Origin: Ostrea edulis | Taxonomy: Eukaryota | Assembly: GCF_947568905.1 (NCBI RefSeq) | Contig: NC_079171.1 | Span: 64,046,001 to 64,110,000, forward strand | Direction: 5' to 3' | Length of the DNA stretch: 64,000 bases | Part shown: one piece after another, positions 63,624 to 64,000 of the stretch | Numbering within the stretch: position 1 is the first letter of the stretch | Layout: each line of letters starts with the position of its first letter | Notes under the pieces: generated by a model | Seen by the model: only the letters and a program-made list of their open reading frames with translations | Databases searched by the model: none | What the model was told of the DNA's origin: nothing | Program-made: the position numbers and the translations under genes

Positions 63624-64000
63624 GCACATTACATGACGTCACAATGAAAAATACGTCATGATGAAGGTCACGACGTACATATCTACAGTCCTTTTGCGGT
63701 TGGAAATGTCAAAATATTTTTTCGTTATTTACCACCGCTGTCAAACGATAAAATGCAATCGTGTAAAGTTTCTATCAAATGGATTATATTAATTCTCTTT
63801 GATATTGAAATATTTTCACTTTCTTCTTTATATAACTTACATGCTAAAGTAATATCCATATTATATTGTGATCTTCATAGCGACCCTAATCTGCACGCAT
63901 AGTGACTTTCACAATGGACTCATTTGCATAAACAGGGTTTCCGTACATAAAAATTTCATCATTGGAACGGCACCCCGAGGTTTTTGAGTTAAAGATGTTT

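Overview
AT-rich, intron-containing, repeat-dense animal genomic DNA. The repeat families (HINE elements with ~165-bp Cg170/HindIII-like monomers, a bivalve-type SINE) point to a bivalve, probably an oyster; the taxon is an inference. Three spliced genes are supported, most of their exons absent from the ORF track. (1) G-protein alpha-q on the minus strand: exons 1-4 present, exons 5 onward beyond the left edge. (2) A complete 6-exon, 188-aa AP-3 complex sigma subunit on the plus strand, head-to-head with G-alpha-q about 14.6 kb away. (3) The 3' part of cysteine dioxygenase on the minus strand: exon 4 certain, terminal exon only a candidate. The rest is minisatellites, many non-autonomous TIR elements with readable target-site duplications (3, 5, 6, 8, 9 and 10 bp), HINEs, SINEs, a LINE remnant, DNA hairpins and one 133-N gap. 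The most striking unexplained pattern is tandem duplications seeded on splice junctions at G-alpha-q exons 2, 3, 4 and AP3S exons 2, 3, 6. These create arrays of duplicate splice sites; the four arrays I could translate (G-alpha-q exon 2, 3, 4 donors and AP3S exon 3 acceptors) all add an in-frame stop if used. Most long ORFs in the supplied track are artefacts of tandem repeats.
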